From: Takakia lepidozioides
Lineage: Eukaryota > Plantae > Bryophyta
Assembly: GCA_030704615.1 (NCBI GenBank)
Contig: CM060731.1
Coordinates: 40,610,001-40,674,000, forward strand
Direction: 5' to 3'
Length of the DNA: 64,000 nt
Shown: positions 39,108 to 51,356 of the stretch, piece after piece
Position numbering within the stretch: the stretch's first letter is position 1
How the letters are laid out: each line of letters starts with the position of its first letter
Program-made: the position numbers and the translations under genes
Notes under the pieces: model-generated
Seen by the model: only the letters and a program-made list of their open reading frames with translations
Told to the model about the DNA's origin: nothing
Database searches by the model: none

Positions 39108-40319
39108 TGGTTGTGGAAGAACTTGCACTTCCCAGGGTGCAATTTCAACCCGTGCGCTCTCAAGCGCTCAAACACCACCTGAAGGTGTCTCTCATGCTCC
39201 TCAACCATAGCACTAAAGATGATGATGTCATCAATGTAGCACCGGGCGAAGTCTAGCCCCGCGAGAATCCTATCCATGACCCTCTAAAACTCTGCAGGAG
39301 TATTCTTCAGCCCAAACGGTAAGAACCGCCATTGGTACAAGCAATCCTTCCCATGTTGGTCAATCCCCCAGAATGCCGTCTTTTGCTTGTCAGCCTCTTT
39401 GATTGGCAACTGGTGGTAACCGGATTGCAAGTCAAATGTGCTAAACACCTTTGCATGCCCAATGGCATCAAAGATCTCCTCTGGAGTTGGCATGGCGTAT
39501 CTATCAGACTTAGTCTGACGGTTCACAGGACGATAGTCCCCACATATCCTTTTTTTTGTCCAATTGCCATAGATATACTTCTTAGCTGGCATCACCGTTG
39601 CCGAGGCATACTCCCCGCCTGACAACTCCTCCAATCCAGCTTCGAACAACTTCATAGTCCGTGACTGGATCAATGACCTCTCCATGTCACTATATCGGTA
39701 GGGCCTTCGAAAGATTGGCGTGTCACTTGCCAAATCAATACGAATCTCCTGACCCTTCAAACTCCCCAAATCCTTCAAACCGAAGGCAAAGCAATTTCTA
39801 TAAGCCCTTAGAAATCGCTGGATCCTCTGTCTCTCTCCTCCGGTGACTGTAGGTCCAACATCTGGTTCCCAATTGTCCTCAGTGACTGCACCCTTGGGTA
39901 CACCAGGCTTGGAGGTAGGAGACGAATCCTTTGGTTGCTAGATAGCAACCTCTTGGGCCTTGTCCGCCCAATCTGACTGTGGCGTAGCCTCCACTTGCTC
40001 CGCCATAGCCACTTTGAGAACATCTTCTGAGCAAGAAACATTCTCAACCTCTTCAAAAAGATTGGCCACCTTTGCCTCTATTTGATCCTCAGTGTATGGC
40101 TCTCCCCACTCCTCATATTGCTGCTTGAGAGATCCAAGGACTCTCTCTTTGCGCATCTCATCCCACATCTGCCATGGGTGTTTACAACCCACACTGTGCT
40201 CGCCCCCACTCACTGCCTCAACCGTCCCGGTTGGCAGGGAGGATGCACCATCCAATGGGAGTGTAGAAGTAGCCATCAATGCTTGCAATCTCCGTTGCTC
40301 AGCCATGCACAAGCCAATT

Positions 40320-41255
40320 ATCCATGTCAAGCAATTTAGATCCATTGCCTGACCCAACACCTAGCGTCATGATGCCTCTGACAGAGCTGGCACAGCTGTA
40401 GTGCCCGTGGCAAAACCCATTGCCCGCTCGCACTCATCCGCATTGGGCTCCACCAATTGTTGTAGCACACTGTCCCAAATCAACCCAGGACCATTGTCTC
40501 GAAAAGAGGGAAAAGCTCATGAGCATAGGCAAGGCTGTACGTGGCTGCCCCACTCGATTGACCACTACTAGAGGTGGACGGTCATCATGTCGCACCCTCT
40601 GTGGTTGCCTCCCTTGGTCCAAAATGCCCTCAACCGTGAGATTGGGTGGCCGTTGAACGGAATCATATGCTCTCTTGAGTAGCTCTGGTGGTGCAAGATT
40701 GGTCCACCACAATCGAGGTTGATGCGCGCGTGATCCCACCGCTGCTGCATCCAATAACACCGCCGATCCAATCCAAGACCGCACCTGATGCACACTGGCC
40801 ATTACCTTGGCCCGAGAATCCCCCATAAGAGGAACATTCTCCAAGATATAGCCTAGAGGTTGCACTTGCCTCGTCTGCAAGTCCCGCAACACTCGCAACA
40901 TCTCCCAAAACAAATGCGATCGTGCATCATGCAAGCCATTCCCATGACCTGCGGGAGAGTGTCCTTGGCAAGGCCATCCAGCTATCACCAAGTCAATGGC
41001 ACCATGCCGGTCCAAATCATCCGCCCCCAGCAATGTAATGTTTGCTGGCAAGGCTTTTTGATGCCCTTGAATTGCTGAGAGAGGCAACAACTCAGGATAC
41101 CGGTGTGTGAGCAAGGCGATGTGGCGCATAGAAATACGCCAAGCTATCTCATCCTTCTCCACATACAAGTACTTGCATACTTTAATCCTTGCTTGCAACA
41201 CTCCTGCAAGCCCAGTGTTCATGCCTCTAAACAGGTCTAGCAAACAAATCCCTGA
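40320..41255 (-). pseudogene. C5 cytosine DNA methyltransferase domain (DNMT3-like) in copy B
   Basis: Motif I GICLLDLFRGMNTG, II YVEKD, IV IDLVIAGWPCQGHS (40973-40965), VI YILENVP (40841-40833), VIII AHQPRLWWTNL, X LGQAMDL. In frame with the protease C-terminal half; stops and a frameshift near the 3' end. Confidence 0.93.
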
Positions 41256-44200
41256 GTCAGGTGGTTGCCATGTAATGGGCACTGTATCCAAAGGAGCTAA
41301 CTGAGGAGGTCCATGTGATGTCACTGAACTCCCCTCACTCACCAATGGATAGGCCTCCTGCCATGCTTGGTGCACACACTCGCCTACTACTCGATGCAAA
41401 TTCCCAACTGTACCCCACAGTGGAATATGAACAGGTACATGAGGAAGCAAATCAGCCTTGTATGCCAATTGTTTGTCCTCATCAGGTGGTGGCCTATCAT
41501 CTGCATGGCTATTGCCCTCCAAGAGCTCACCACCCCAAGCCACCACCCCTGAGAATGCAGCCAATGTGGGCATCATGTTCCTATGATCCACCGCTACATT
41601 CCCAATAAACCGCATTGGGAGCAGTGCACGTCGACCATCCCCTGACTGCCATTCCGGCCTGTAGGATGCCGTTTCCTCCCAAAAGTCCAAAGTAAAGCCA
41701 ATCGGGTATAATACAGCCCCACCAACAAGCACATCATAAGACATCGCGTCCGTAACAATGGCTTTAGCTCTCATGACAGAGCCATCTGTAGGATGATCTG
41801 GCTGCAATCAAATGAAGAGCTCATGGCGTGTAATCCCTCGTGCCTTCTCTGAACCGCCCAAAGATGTTTGAATTTGGAAAGGGCAAGGCTCCAAATCCGC
41901 CTTTGTAAGGCCCAAGCCTGCAATTGCTACTCTCCCCAACATCAATGGCTGTGCTCCCAAGTCCAACAAGACCCACAGTGGCCTATACCTCCTCCTGGCT
42001 GGGCCACCCAACTGAAACACACCATCCTGATTGTCCACCGGGACTACCCCAGGAGTCACCATACTACGCTCAATGGCTGGTCTAGCTGGCAATTCTTGCA
42101 ACCTTGCAGCTGCCGCTTGCCATGGCGCAGCTGTGGCTGTCTTCACCCTTGAATCCAGGGCATCCATGTACTGCACCTGATCCGCTATCCCCGCAGATAG
42201 TGCCGATGCATCACCACTCTCACAGAGTGCAGCTGCCAGTCTAAACACTGCAGCTGGCCGCATCCCCGGCATTGCAATTGTCGTGGCAGAAAACAATGGA
42301 GCTTGGCAAATTGCCGTAGCCGCCCCCAACAATGTACTGGCTGCACCTTGCTTTGCAATACCACCCACTGGCATTTCCCGAGCCATACCAACTCTGCCCA
42401 GTGGTACTCGTGGCTCTACCTCTTGCACACTTGGGCGAACAGGTGCCATCGATGGCATAGTTGGCACTGTCTCAGCCAATGTTAAATACTGTGGAAGCCT
42501 TGTCTGCCGACTTGTTTCTCCTCTTTGTGGATCAAAATCCACATCCGCTCCTCTTGGCTCAGGAGCACGCGTTACTGCTCGAGTGACAGCAGTTGCAGAG
42601 TCCACATGCAATGGTCCTACAAGTGTGGCTCCACACATGAAGCCCATACCAATCTGGTCTTCCCTAGGCATAGGAGGTTGTGCAGGTGGGGCTTGAACCT
42701 CAAGCCTTGGAGCTGGCGCAACATGAGTAGTGGCCATGGTAGCAAGACGTTGCTCTAGCTGGGCAAGCCTATCTACCATGCCTTGGTCATGACCTTGACC
42801 GTGACCCTGTGCTCCTTGGTTTTGGTTACGACCTCCACCACGACCTCTGCCTCCTCTACCTCTCTGGACTACATTGCCTCGTCCTCGGCCATCATTGTTC
42901 CCTTGGAACTGGCCTGGTCGTAGCTCAGGATGCAAGTCATAACAATGGGCCTCTTCATGCCCATACTTACCACAATGCCCACACTGTAGTTGTGTAGGCT
43001 GTGCCTGTGCTGGCCTTTTGCCTCTCTCCGGGCAATCTCTCTTAACATGGGGTCCTCCACAATCCCAACATGTCACTCCCGACTGTTGTTGGCTTGAGAA
43101 TGAAGGAAGTGACCTCTGCAATTGAGATCCTCTCTGTCCTTCCCTGGGCTTCGCCTGAGCCCTTTTGTTGCCTTGAGCACGTTGGGGTAGTGGTTGTTGT
43201 TGGCTTGGAGCCCCACTTCGTTGTGTCTCCTTACCAAACCCCACCATGACCACTCGCTCCTCCACCATATTGAGCTCTATCCGCTCTGCCAGCTAAAACA
43301 CGTTTGCTAAGGTGGGTTGGGCCACTTGTAGGAGAGTTGCATCCCACACCCTTCTCCTCAGCTCTTTGTCCAATATCCCATACCAGAATTGGACTGCCTA
43401 AGCTTCTGTAACCCCTTGGGTTACGTTTATCAAGCGTCTCATGCGAGTGTAAGCCTCCCTCAAACTCTCAATAGACCTTCGTTGGAACTCTTGCAAGCTC
43501 CGCAACTTCTGTGTCCTTATCCCTTGGTAGTTTCTCCTTAACTCCTCGAAGAACTCCACAACTGGGTTAAAGACAGGCATGGGTGTTGGTGCTGCAGCAA
43601 GAGCTTGGGTGGACTTCCCAGCTCCTGTTCCACTTGACGTCCCACTGCTGCTTGCAGAAGCTGCCGGTGTAGCTGCCGGTGTCACCACTGCCCTTGTGCC
43701 TCTAGTGATGGAGACATAGTCAGGTGACCAATATACCCGCCATTCCTCAATCTCCACCTCATGTCCCCGCCTAAACTCATGGTAGTCATCCATGGGCGGC
43801 CCCTCAAGGTGCTGAAACAGCCCCTTTCATGCCATAAAAGGCGTAAACAGTTGTGGATTGCGCATCTGCTACAAATCACACCAACTATCAAACTCTTGTA
43901 TGAAGTCATCAAGCTCGATGGTGCCCACAGCTCAGAGTACCTACGTGGCCCCTTGGTAGCTCCATACATCTCCTCCATCGTGTTCCATAACAATGGCACG
44001 GAAATGGCTTGCACCCTCGGCGAGAATCCTCCTAACTCTGAGTCTGAACCTTCTTCAGAAGTCACTAAAGGTGAAGGTGGCCTAAACCGCACACCTCATC
44101 TTGTATACCCACTAGTATCGCTGGTGCTCATATTGGCACTCTCCTCAGCAACTGGTGGCACCTCCGTGATGAAAACTCACAACCAAACCTGTTGTAAACC

Positions 44201-44949
44201 TGTCTCTAATCCCCTTTTCCACAAGGTAACCGGGTAGAGAACATGTTGCGGCCTATGGCTTAGACTACTAGGTTCGTAATATAAACCTGCACCTGCATCC
44301 ACCGCAAGCACTCTTATGGTCTGCTGGTCATCAACCCAGCCTCACCATAAGAGAAACAATGATGGTCTGACTGGTCATCACCCCAGCCTCACCACCGACA
44401 GCACGCTCTAGGATTGGCCGGTGATCAAATCCGGACCAACCTCCTATGAAAACAAATGCCCACACAAAGCTAACATGACGCACAGTCAAGCATGCAGGTG
44501 TGGAAGGGATCCAAACACAAGAAAATCAATACAACAACTCCCCCACACCAAAAACACTCCACAGTGTCGCTCCTGCAATGACATCCCAGCCCAAACCCGG
44601 ACTGACTCTTGCCTCCACCTACGGAAAGGTTTTGGCCTACAGAGAGGGTGGAAGACTACAAGGAAGAGAGACTAAAGCAATTCCTATCACAACATGCTCT
44701 CATCCCACTACCCTATCTCCACACTCTCTTGCTTGAACAATAGACAAGACTACCTTTCAAGGGTCTCTCAAATAACTCTCCAGGAGCCCTCAAGAATATG
44801 TCTCTCAAACAATCTCACTAAGGCTCCCAATCTGTGCACGATGGGACTCCAAAACAGTACACCAAGGCCCCAAGCTTGCCAAAGCTTAGCCCTCGAGGAC
44901 CCCAATAGTCCCTCACACAAGTCGCCAAAGACTCCTCAAGCTCGCCAAA

Positions 44950-45126
44950 TATTGGCCTCCAAGGACCCCAAATAGTCCTCCAAAGAACTCCAAATGGTCC
45001 TCCAAGGACTCCCATTGGTCCTCCAAACAGTCCTCCAATGACTCCCAATGGTCCTCTAAGGACCCCCAACAGTCCTCCAAGGACTCCCAATGGTCCACCA
45101 AGGACCCCAAACAGTCCTCCAAGGAC
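44950..45126. repeat. Minisatellite, ~21-bp unit gtcctccaaggac(t/c)cccaa
   Basis: About 8 degenerate tandem copies. Confidence 0.85.
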
Positions 45127-45741
45127 TCATCCTATATCACCATGTTCCCAATGTGTTCCCAATGCGTTCCCAAGTTCCCAATATTCCCAATAATTTGCCA
45201 AAGTTCCTAGGAATATTCCCAAGAATATGCCATAGTATTCCCCAAGTATTCCCATGGGTCTATACGTATTCCCCTTGTATTCCCCTTAGGAATAGCCATT
45301 TCCCCCTCATAGAGTAGTTCATTTCCCCCCAGGGTTTAGCCATTTCCCCCTAGGCTTTAGCCACTTCCCCCTCTATTTCCTTGAGGTTTAGCCTTACCAA
45401 GCTAGGGTTTGTGCTCCTTGGGGCTCTATGCTTAATCCCCTCAAGCAACCATGAATTCTATGGGGTACCAAGGCAAATTCCCTTGATCTTCTTCACCTTA
45501 AGCTACTCAAGTTTGTCTCCAACTCAACTAGCAATGCATTGGCCACACAACAAGCTCAATTTCTCATTGGAACTCCAAATCAAGCTTGTACTTCCTTTAG
45601 CAAGCCACCAAGCCTTGTCTCTGTTAGAGGGCTGCTTGGGACTTAGACGCTTTTATGGGTTCTGTGGGGTACCTTTAATTTTTGCGCAGATTGAGACCAA
45701 CATGAGTCTTAGGGGTGGCAGGAGCAGGCTTTAGGGGGGTT

Positions 45742-45815
45742 ACACAGCCCGACACAGCTTCACACAGTCCAACACAGCCAGTCACAGCTCGGCACAGCTT
45801 GACACAGCCTGTCAC
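45742..45815. repeat. 10-bp tandem repeat (core cacagc)
   Basis: acacagcccg acacagcttc acacagtcca acacagccag tcacagctcg gcacagcttg acacagcctg. Confidence 0.85.
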
Positions 45816-45819
45816 ATTA

Positions 45820-48570
45820 CATGGGGAACAGTTATCATTGTCAGGGAACGACATCTGCAGAGGGAACGTGTTACTTCAGGGGTGACGGTTAGTTAGTTCG
45901 GTGGTTAGAACAGCTTGCGGGTAGATTAGGCAGAGTGGCAACAGGAATGGGATCACTTCTTGAGGAGGGCGACTTGTTCAAGAGAGGAGGAGACGTAACG
46001 GAGAGCGGGAAATAGTGTAGAGGAGATGATGACTTGAATGAGGCTTAGTTCATGCAAGCTGTAGAATTATACAGTAGGATAGAATAGAGACACCATGGCA
46101 TATGCATGATACATGATTAATCTTAATCCGATATTGAATCGATACAAACATACTGTGTAGAGAGACACGAGAGAAGCTGTGGAATGAATGCATGATTAAC
46201 TGGAACTTAGTAGATACTGAAACAATCTGATGCTTCAGTATACACGTTAAGGTAAATTGATAACATGAAGGCAGGAAGGAATACAAATAGGAAGCATAGC
46301 CATGATTCACTAGCTGCAGATCATGACTGATTGTTCTGAGCGGGCTGAGTGCTTAGAGATATCCAACTCTTCTATCTTGGAGTTTCCACCTCGGATAGCG
46401 AAGGGATGGGTAAGTAAAAGCCGCTCGACATTTGGCGACCATACTGGGGAACTGGGTCATGAACAACCAGATGTGACAGGCATCTGGTGGGATCATGGTG
46501 GTTGGAGAATTAAAGAATTTGATGTGAATTAAATTCCCTGTGAAACTGAGAAGGAAAGATTGTCCAAACAATTCTTTCAGAGGTTCTTAGAATTGCCAGA
46601 CGGTTGTAAAGAAAACATTCTTAGGAGAGTGCATGATGTTGACCCTGAATGGGGTCTGGAGAAAGGAGTGATAAAGATTTATCAGGTGGCCTGTAGAGGA
46701 AGAGCACGTTGGTTACCAACACTGGTTTATGTGATAGCATTGCTATCCATTAAGCGAGTAGAGTTTGAAGGCTGGAGGAAAGGAAGGTGAATGTTTATAC
46801 TCATATGCATGAAGAGCTTGTACTGGTAAAGAATTGGATTCCAAAGGATATTCTCTGGATCAAACTCACACCAAGAACAGCTTTCCAGACTTGTTTGCCA
46901 TATGGTTATATGGTAACGGAGACTTCTAGTATAGCCAAGGGTGCATTGAAGCTTGAAAGAAACCCAGGCATATACGAGAGATACACAGAAGTGAGAGTTT
47001 TGGTTATTGCCACATTAAAGAAATGAAAGACATGGGACATGAGTGATGAAAGAGAAGCTAGACTCCAGAGATATTCAGCAAAAAGAGAAAGTTATCTGAA
47101 AGCTAATTATCCATATCTTTGGGAGAGAGGAATAGACATAGGGGAATCATCTGGACCTCTCACACCATTAAGATCAGAGAGTACATGACCCATACCGGAA
47201 GAACTAGAGTTGGATGCCACTCCTTTTTTTCTTTGCAAGAAAGATTAAGGGAATTGGTACTGGAAGAAGATCAACCACGAGGTGAAAGATCTGAGGTACA
47301 TCCCTGGATAAAAGATTTGACAGAAATCTTTGATAAGAGTTGGCATGGAACACCGAAAGCAGAAACTCCAGTTTTTGAACGGAAGATGAAGAAGGAGGAG
47401 AGGATGTGGCAGAACCAACGGAGAATTCAGACTCTCCAACACCATTGCAATTGAGTTACATGAGTGAAGAAGAAGAAACCCAAGGGCAGAACTTGGAAGA
47501 TGAAAACAAAGAGAAGAAATTGGAAGAGGAAGAGTATGAAGAAGTAGACCCAACAGCTGAGGTTGAGACTACAACCAGGACATCCCAACCCGTTGGACCT
47601 GGATCAAGTGGAGCACTTGGATCACAGGCCAACGAAGGTGTCGGCTCAGGGGGATCACGCGGGCAGCCTGGATCTGGCTCTGGGGGGACAGGGAGTGTGG
47701 GAAGTAGTGCAACTGGAGCTGGGAATACTGTGAATATAGTGGGGCCAGTAGCAGGAAGTGCTCAGGGGCCAGCACTTGGTGGAAGTTCCACCACAACTAC
47801 AACAGGTCCTCAAGGACCAACACCAGCAAGGGGGCCAGCACCTGTCAGTGGGCAGGAGGTAGGGCCACGAATGGCGTTACAACCAACACGGGCAAAACCA
47901 CATTTTCCAATATATTGAGGAAAAGGGGATCCTGATGTACACATTAGCCAATTTGAGCACATGTGTATTGTGAACAATGAGAATGGCGATGATGCCAAGA
48001 TGAGACTGTTTCTTTGTTCACTTATAAAGAAAGCAAGTGAATGGTATGCAAGATTCCCTGATAATCATTTCCTAACCTGGAATGGCTTGAATACAGCATT
48101 CCAAAATAGGTTCAGGACAAGTAAAACTGAGGATGAAGTGTATGGAAGTTTACAACAGTTAAAGCAAAAGAAGCATGAAACTGTTGAGGAGTATATGGAA
48201 AAGATGGAATTGATGATGAAAAAGCTAGCTGCTGTACCAGCACCAGGTTTACAGAAGACTTGGTTTGTGAGTGGACTAAGACCAGAGTTGCAAAAGAAAA
48301 TGGATATGTTACTCCATAATACAGTGGAGGAGGCATTTGAAACAGCGAACAGAATTGAGCAATTGGGAATGCTCAGGAGAGAGAAAAAGGATGATAAGGA
48401 CTCTGAGGATGAGTCAGATGAGGAAGAAGAGCAAGAGCTTAAATGGAAGAGTAAGAGGAAGGAAAAGTTGAAGAAGGATAACTATGAGAAAAGATTAGAA
48501 GAAATCTTGAAGAAGTATGCCACAAAGGCTGCAACACATTGGAGGAAGGGTGTTTGGTGTACAAAATGCC
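45820..48570 (+). mobile_element. Remnant of another Gypsy element: upstream ORF pieces plus gag, cut at the Zn knuckle
   Basis: PHFPIY*GKGDPDVHISQF...MRLFLCSLIKKASEWY...TWNGLNTAFQNRF...LKQKKHETVEEY...FVSGLRPEL (retrotransposon gag); ends at VWCTKC. Confidence 0.8.
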
Positions 48571-49041
48571 CAACGACGCAATGGCGTGAGCGTTACGCGT
48601 GAGCGTACGCTCACGCATGAGTGACGTGGCGTGAGCCTGCACACACGCTGACGTGGCATGAGCGTCATGTCAGCATGCTAATGTGGCAATGATGACGTGG
48701 CACTGTCCGTCATCTGCCACGTCAGCATTAACACTATAACCGTGGATGGTCCTATGACCGTGGAATTAATGCAGGAATCTTGCCTAAATAGAATCAAGAC
48801 GAGCGTTGAGGCCTACAATTGCAGCATCCAACATGTGCAATTACAAATGCTTGTTTCACTTTTACAATTACGAGGATGAAAAAAATATCCTCACAAAGTG
48901 TGCGCCATAAAGGCTGCCACGGGAAGACCTTCCTCCCTCCTCAAATAACAATGAGAGTTAGGATCATCTTCAAAAGATGATTGTAGTGCATAGCGACAGC
49001 AAGACATGTAGACTTCGAACGGTGCAATGACAAATGTGCAC
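48571..49041. mobile_element. Terminal/subterminal region of a DNA transposon (Mutator- or Harbinger-like), probably continuing at 60240
   Basis: Abrupt break in gag; clustered gcgtgagc and tgacgtggc/gccacgtca direct and inverted motifs. Confidence 0.5.
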
Positions 49042-51356
49042 TGTAGTGTGAAAAGAAGGGGCGTGAATCCCCTTCTGTGCAAGTCTAGTTGTGCTCTTCC
49101 CTAGGTCAATCGGAGGGAAGGAAAGGAGCTCTCCCTCTCAGCTGATCCAACCATCGTCACTCGGTGTGGGTTTCCATCAGGTCCTTCGTGATCAGAGTTC
49201 GCACAATCCTCATCCACGCCGCAGCGGAAGAGAAGACATGGATGGGGAGTCTGTATTGTTTTCACCCGTGGTTCTACTTCTACACGACATCCTTTCCCTG
49301 ATACACTGCACCAGCCATGTTACCATGCGGTCTTCAGTGATGCAACCAGCCCTACGTCAGTGATGACCACTGCCCTTGTGGGCAGCTCTCTTGGTCAACA
49401 ATACGTGGAATCCCCTTTGTAACAAGATCACGATTTGGAAGGCGGCAACGCAGATCTGCCATGAGTTTGCAGGCCCACCAGTTTGGCCCTTCATGGGTTC
49501 ATGCTTTCTTTATTACCTCCCCAATCATCCATTCCTCATCATAACCTCTTGCTGGTCAACTCTCTCCCTTGTGTCCTTTTCTCTCTCCCTCTCTCTTTCT
49601 TTCAGGATAAGTGGGTTCCTCACTCTTTCCACTGTAACATGCCTATGATGCAATGCAATGCGCATTCAGCCAAGCATCCAGTGCACCCAGCATTGAAATC
49701 AACCTTGGTCACACAAGATATAATCAGCCCTTTTATCAGTCCCTCTCTTGCCAATGACAGATGCTTCACACTCCACTTTTCCCAGGTATAACCATTGCCC
49801 AAGACAGCTCTCAACCCTTCTACAGGTCTCAATTTACACACCCTGACAGCTCTCTTTTTCCCATCAGCTGTGAACCTCAGTGGTTCATGGGCTGAGAGCA
49901 CTCTGCAGAATCAGATCCAAACCCAAACAGATGCTGGTTTTTCTGCCCCATCCACATCATCCCTTCTTGTTGTTTCCAAACAGTTCTATCTAACCCTCTC
50001 TGGTTTCCTCTACCTACTAAGCTAGTTCCACATTGGGCAATGTGTCAACATCCCAGGCTAGATTGTTTGTACAAGCTCATGACGTTGAAAAAAGGAACAA
50101 GAATACAACAACAGTAACCATTCTGTCCCAGCAACGAGTCTACCCTGTTTCCATTCATTTTCCTACTGTACAATGTAATAGCAGGTGCATCCATCTCCAG
50201 CCCATCCTGTTTGAAGTCCAGTGTCTTCATTCCATTTACAAAGCTTTTTCTTCCTCACATGTCAGTGTCTCTTACTACATACAAGAGACAGTTCAAACTT
50301 CACAAAGCGATTTCTAAGCAACCAAAAAAAAAGGGGCAACACTCCTCAAACTTATCTGTCTTATACTCCTTGAAGTGGTGGGTCTGCCTGTCAAGAAGGC
50401 ACCTTATCCTCTCCCTCGTCAGCCATCTCCGACGTTTCTTCTTATCGTGATTCCAGTCCTCATTAAGGCATGACGGCTCTGCTTCAGCTGCTGGCACATC
50501 CTTGTGCCTGCCAACCTCTACCCTATCCTTCTACATGTGCATTTCCTCCCTATGAAGTGATCTGGTCCTACAGCCCTTAAGACAGAGAGCAGATACATAA
50601 CTTATTTATAGATAGCTTAAGCGCCATACACACCAGAAGGCGGCACCGCTTCCTCTTGCACAGAAAGCCAAGCCAGATCCCTCAACGTCACTCTTTAAGG
50701 CAAGCTGATTCCCTTACAAAGTGATCTGGTCCTACAGCTCAAAAACAGACAGCAGCTACAAGATTTGATCACTGACAACCTGAGGCGATAATACACACCA
50801 GCCTGCATTTCTCATCCCCCAACACCTGCTGAGCCACTCCATCTCCTCATTAATGTGCTCACAAATACCATGGCGACAGCAGTGGTGCACCGCCCTTATC
50901 ACAAACCCGATCCCTCAGGTTTGATCATTGCTTACGAAGAAGGCGGCACCGCTTCTTCTTGCACAGAAAGCCAAGCAGGAGCTCTTAACATTTCTCTTAA
51001 AAGCAAGCTGATACCCTTTGCGTAGGTGGAACCTTCTCAGATATCCTGTGCTGCCAACACCACTGCAGCAGCTGCGAAAAGATCCACGCACTCTTCCCCT
51101 TCGAATTTCACATCCCGCTTCTAGGGTTCAACATCATGGATGAAAATCATTCATCCTAGGGATGAAAAAGGTGCATGTCATAACTTAGCCATATTTTGTT
51201 CTTGGCAGATAAATAGCATAGTCCTTCCATGGAATTACCTCAAGTTATGGTCAATTCCTCCCCTTCATTAGCACGAAGGGTACTCCCTTTGTAGTAGTGC
51301 CGAAACCTGATGCCAAACACAAACTTGAGATTTTTACTCCCTGCATTCACACTACA
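49042..51356 (-). repeat. 3' LTR of element D
   Basis: Direct repeat of 57924-60239 plus 10 extra terminal bases (tgtagtgtga on the plus strand). Confidence 0.95.

Larger units (their letters stand above)
39108..45744 (-). mobile_element. DNMT-Gypsy copy B, 5' half (leader, gag, PR, DNMT, most of RT); 5' boundary tentative
   Basis: Gag ~44100-42000 with two knuckles; PR VLLDLGAQP ~41960; DNMT; RT RICGDYRPVN...YIDD. Leader 44285-44620 is homologous to copy A 31680-32010. TGTAACCCCCC at 45744 is a candidate start, but the flanks do not give a matching TSD. Confidence 0.85.

Noticed and set aside
40434-41807. Host DNMT3/DRM gene
   Set aside because: Intronless, continuous with retroviral-type protease and RT, lacks host regulatory domains, and occurs at the same position in two element copies.
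44950-45126. CRISPR-like array or repeat protein (WESLEDC ORF)
   Set aside because: Contiguous degenerate tandem units without unique spacers, in a eukaryotic context; the ORF is a by-product of the minisatellite.
49091-50497. Duplicated protein-coding genes (ORFs repeated at 57963-59379)
   Set aside because: They are incidental ORFs inside the two LTRs, with no recognisable domains.
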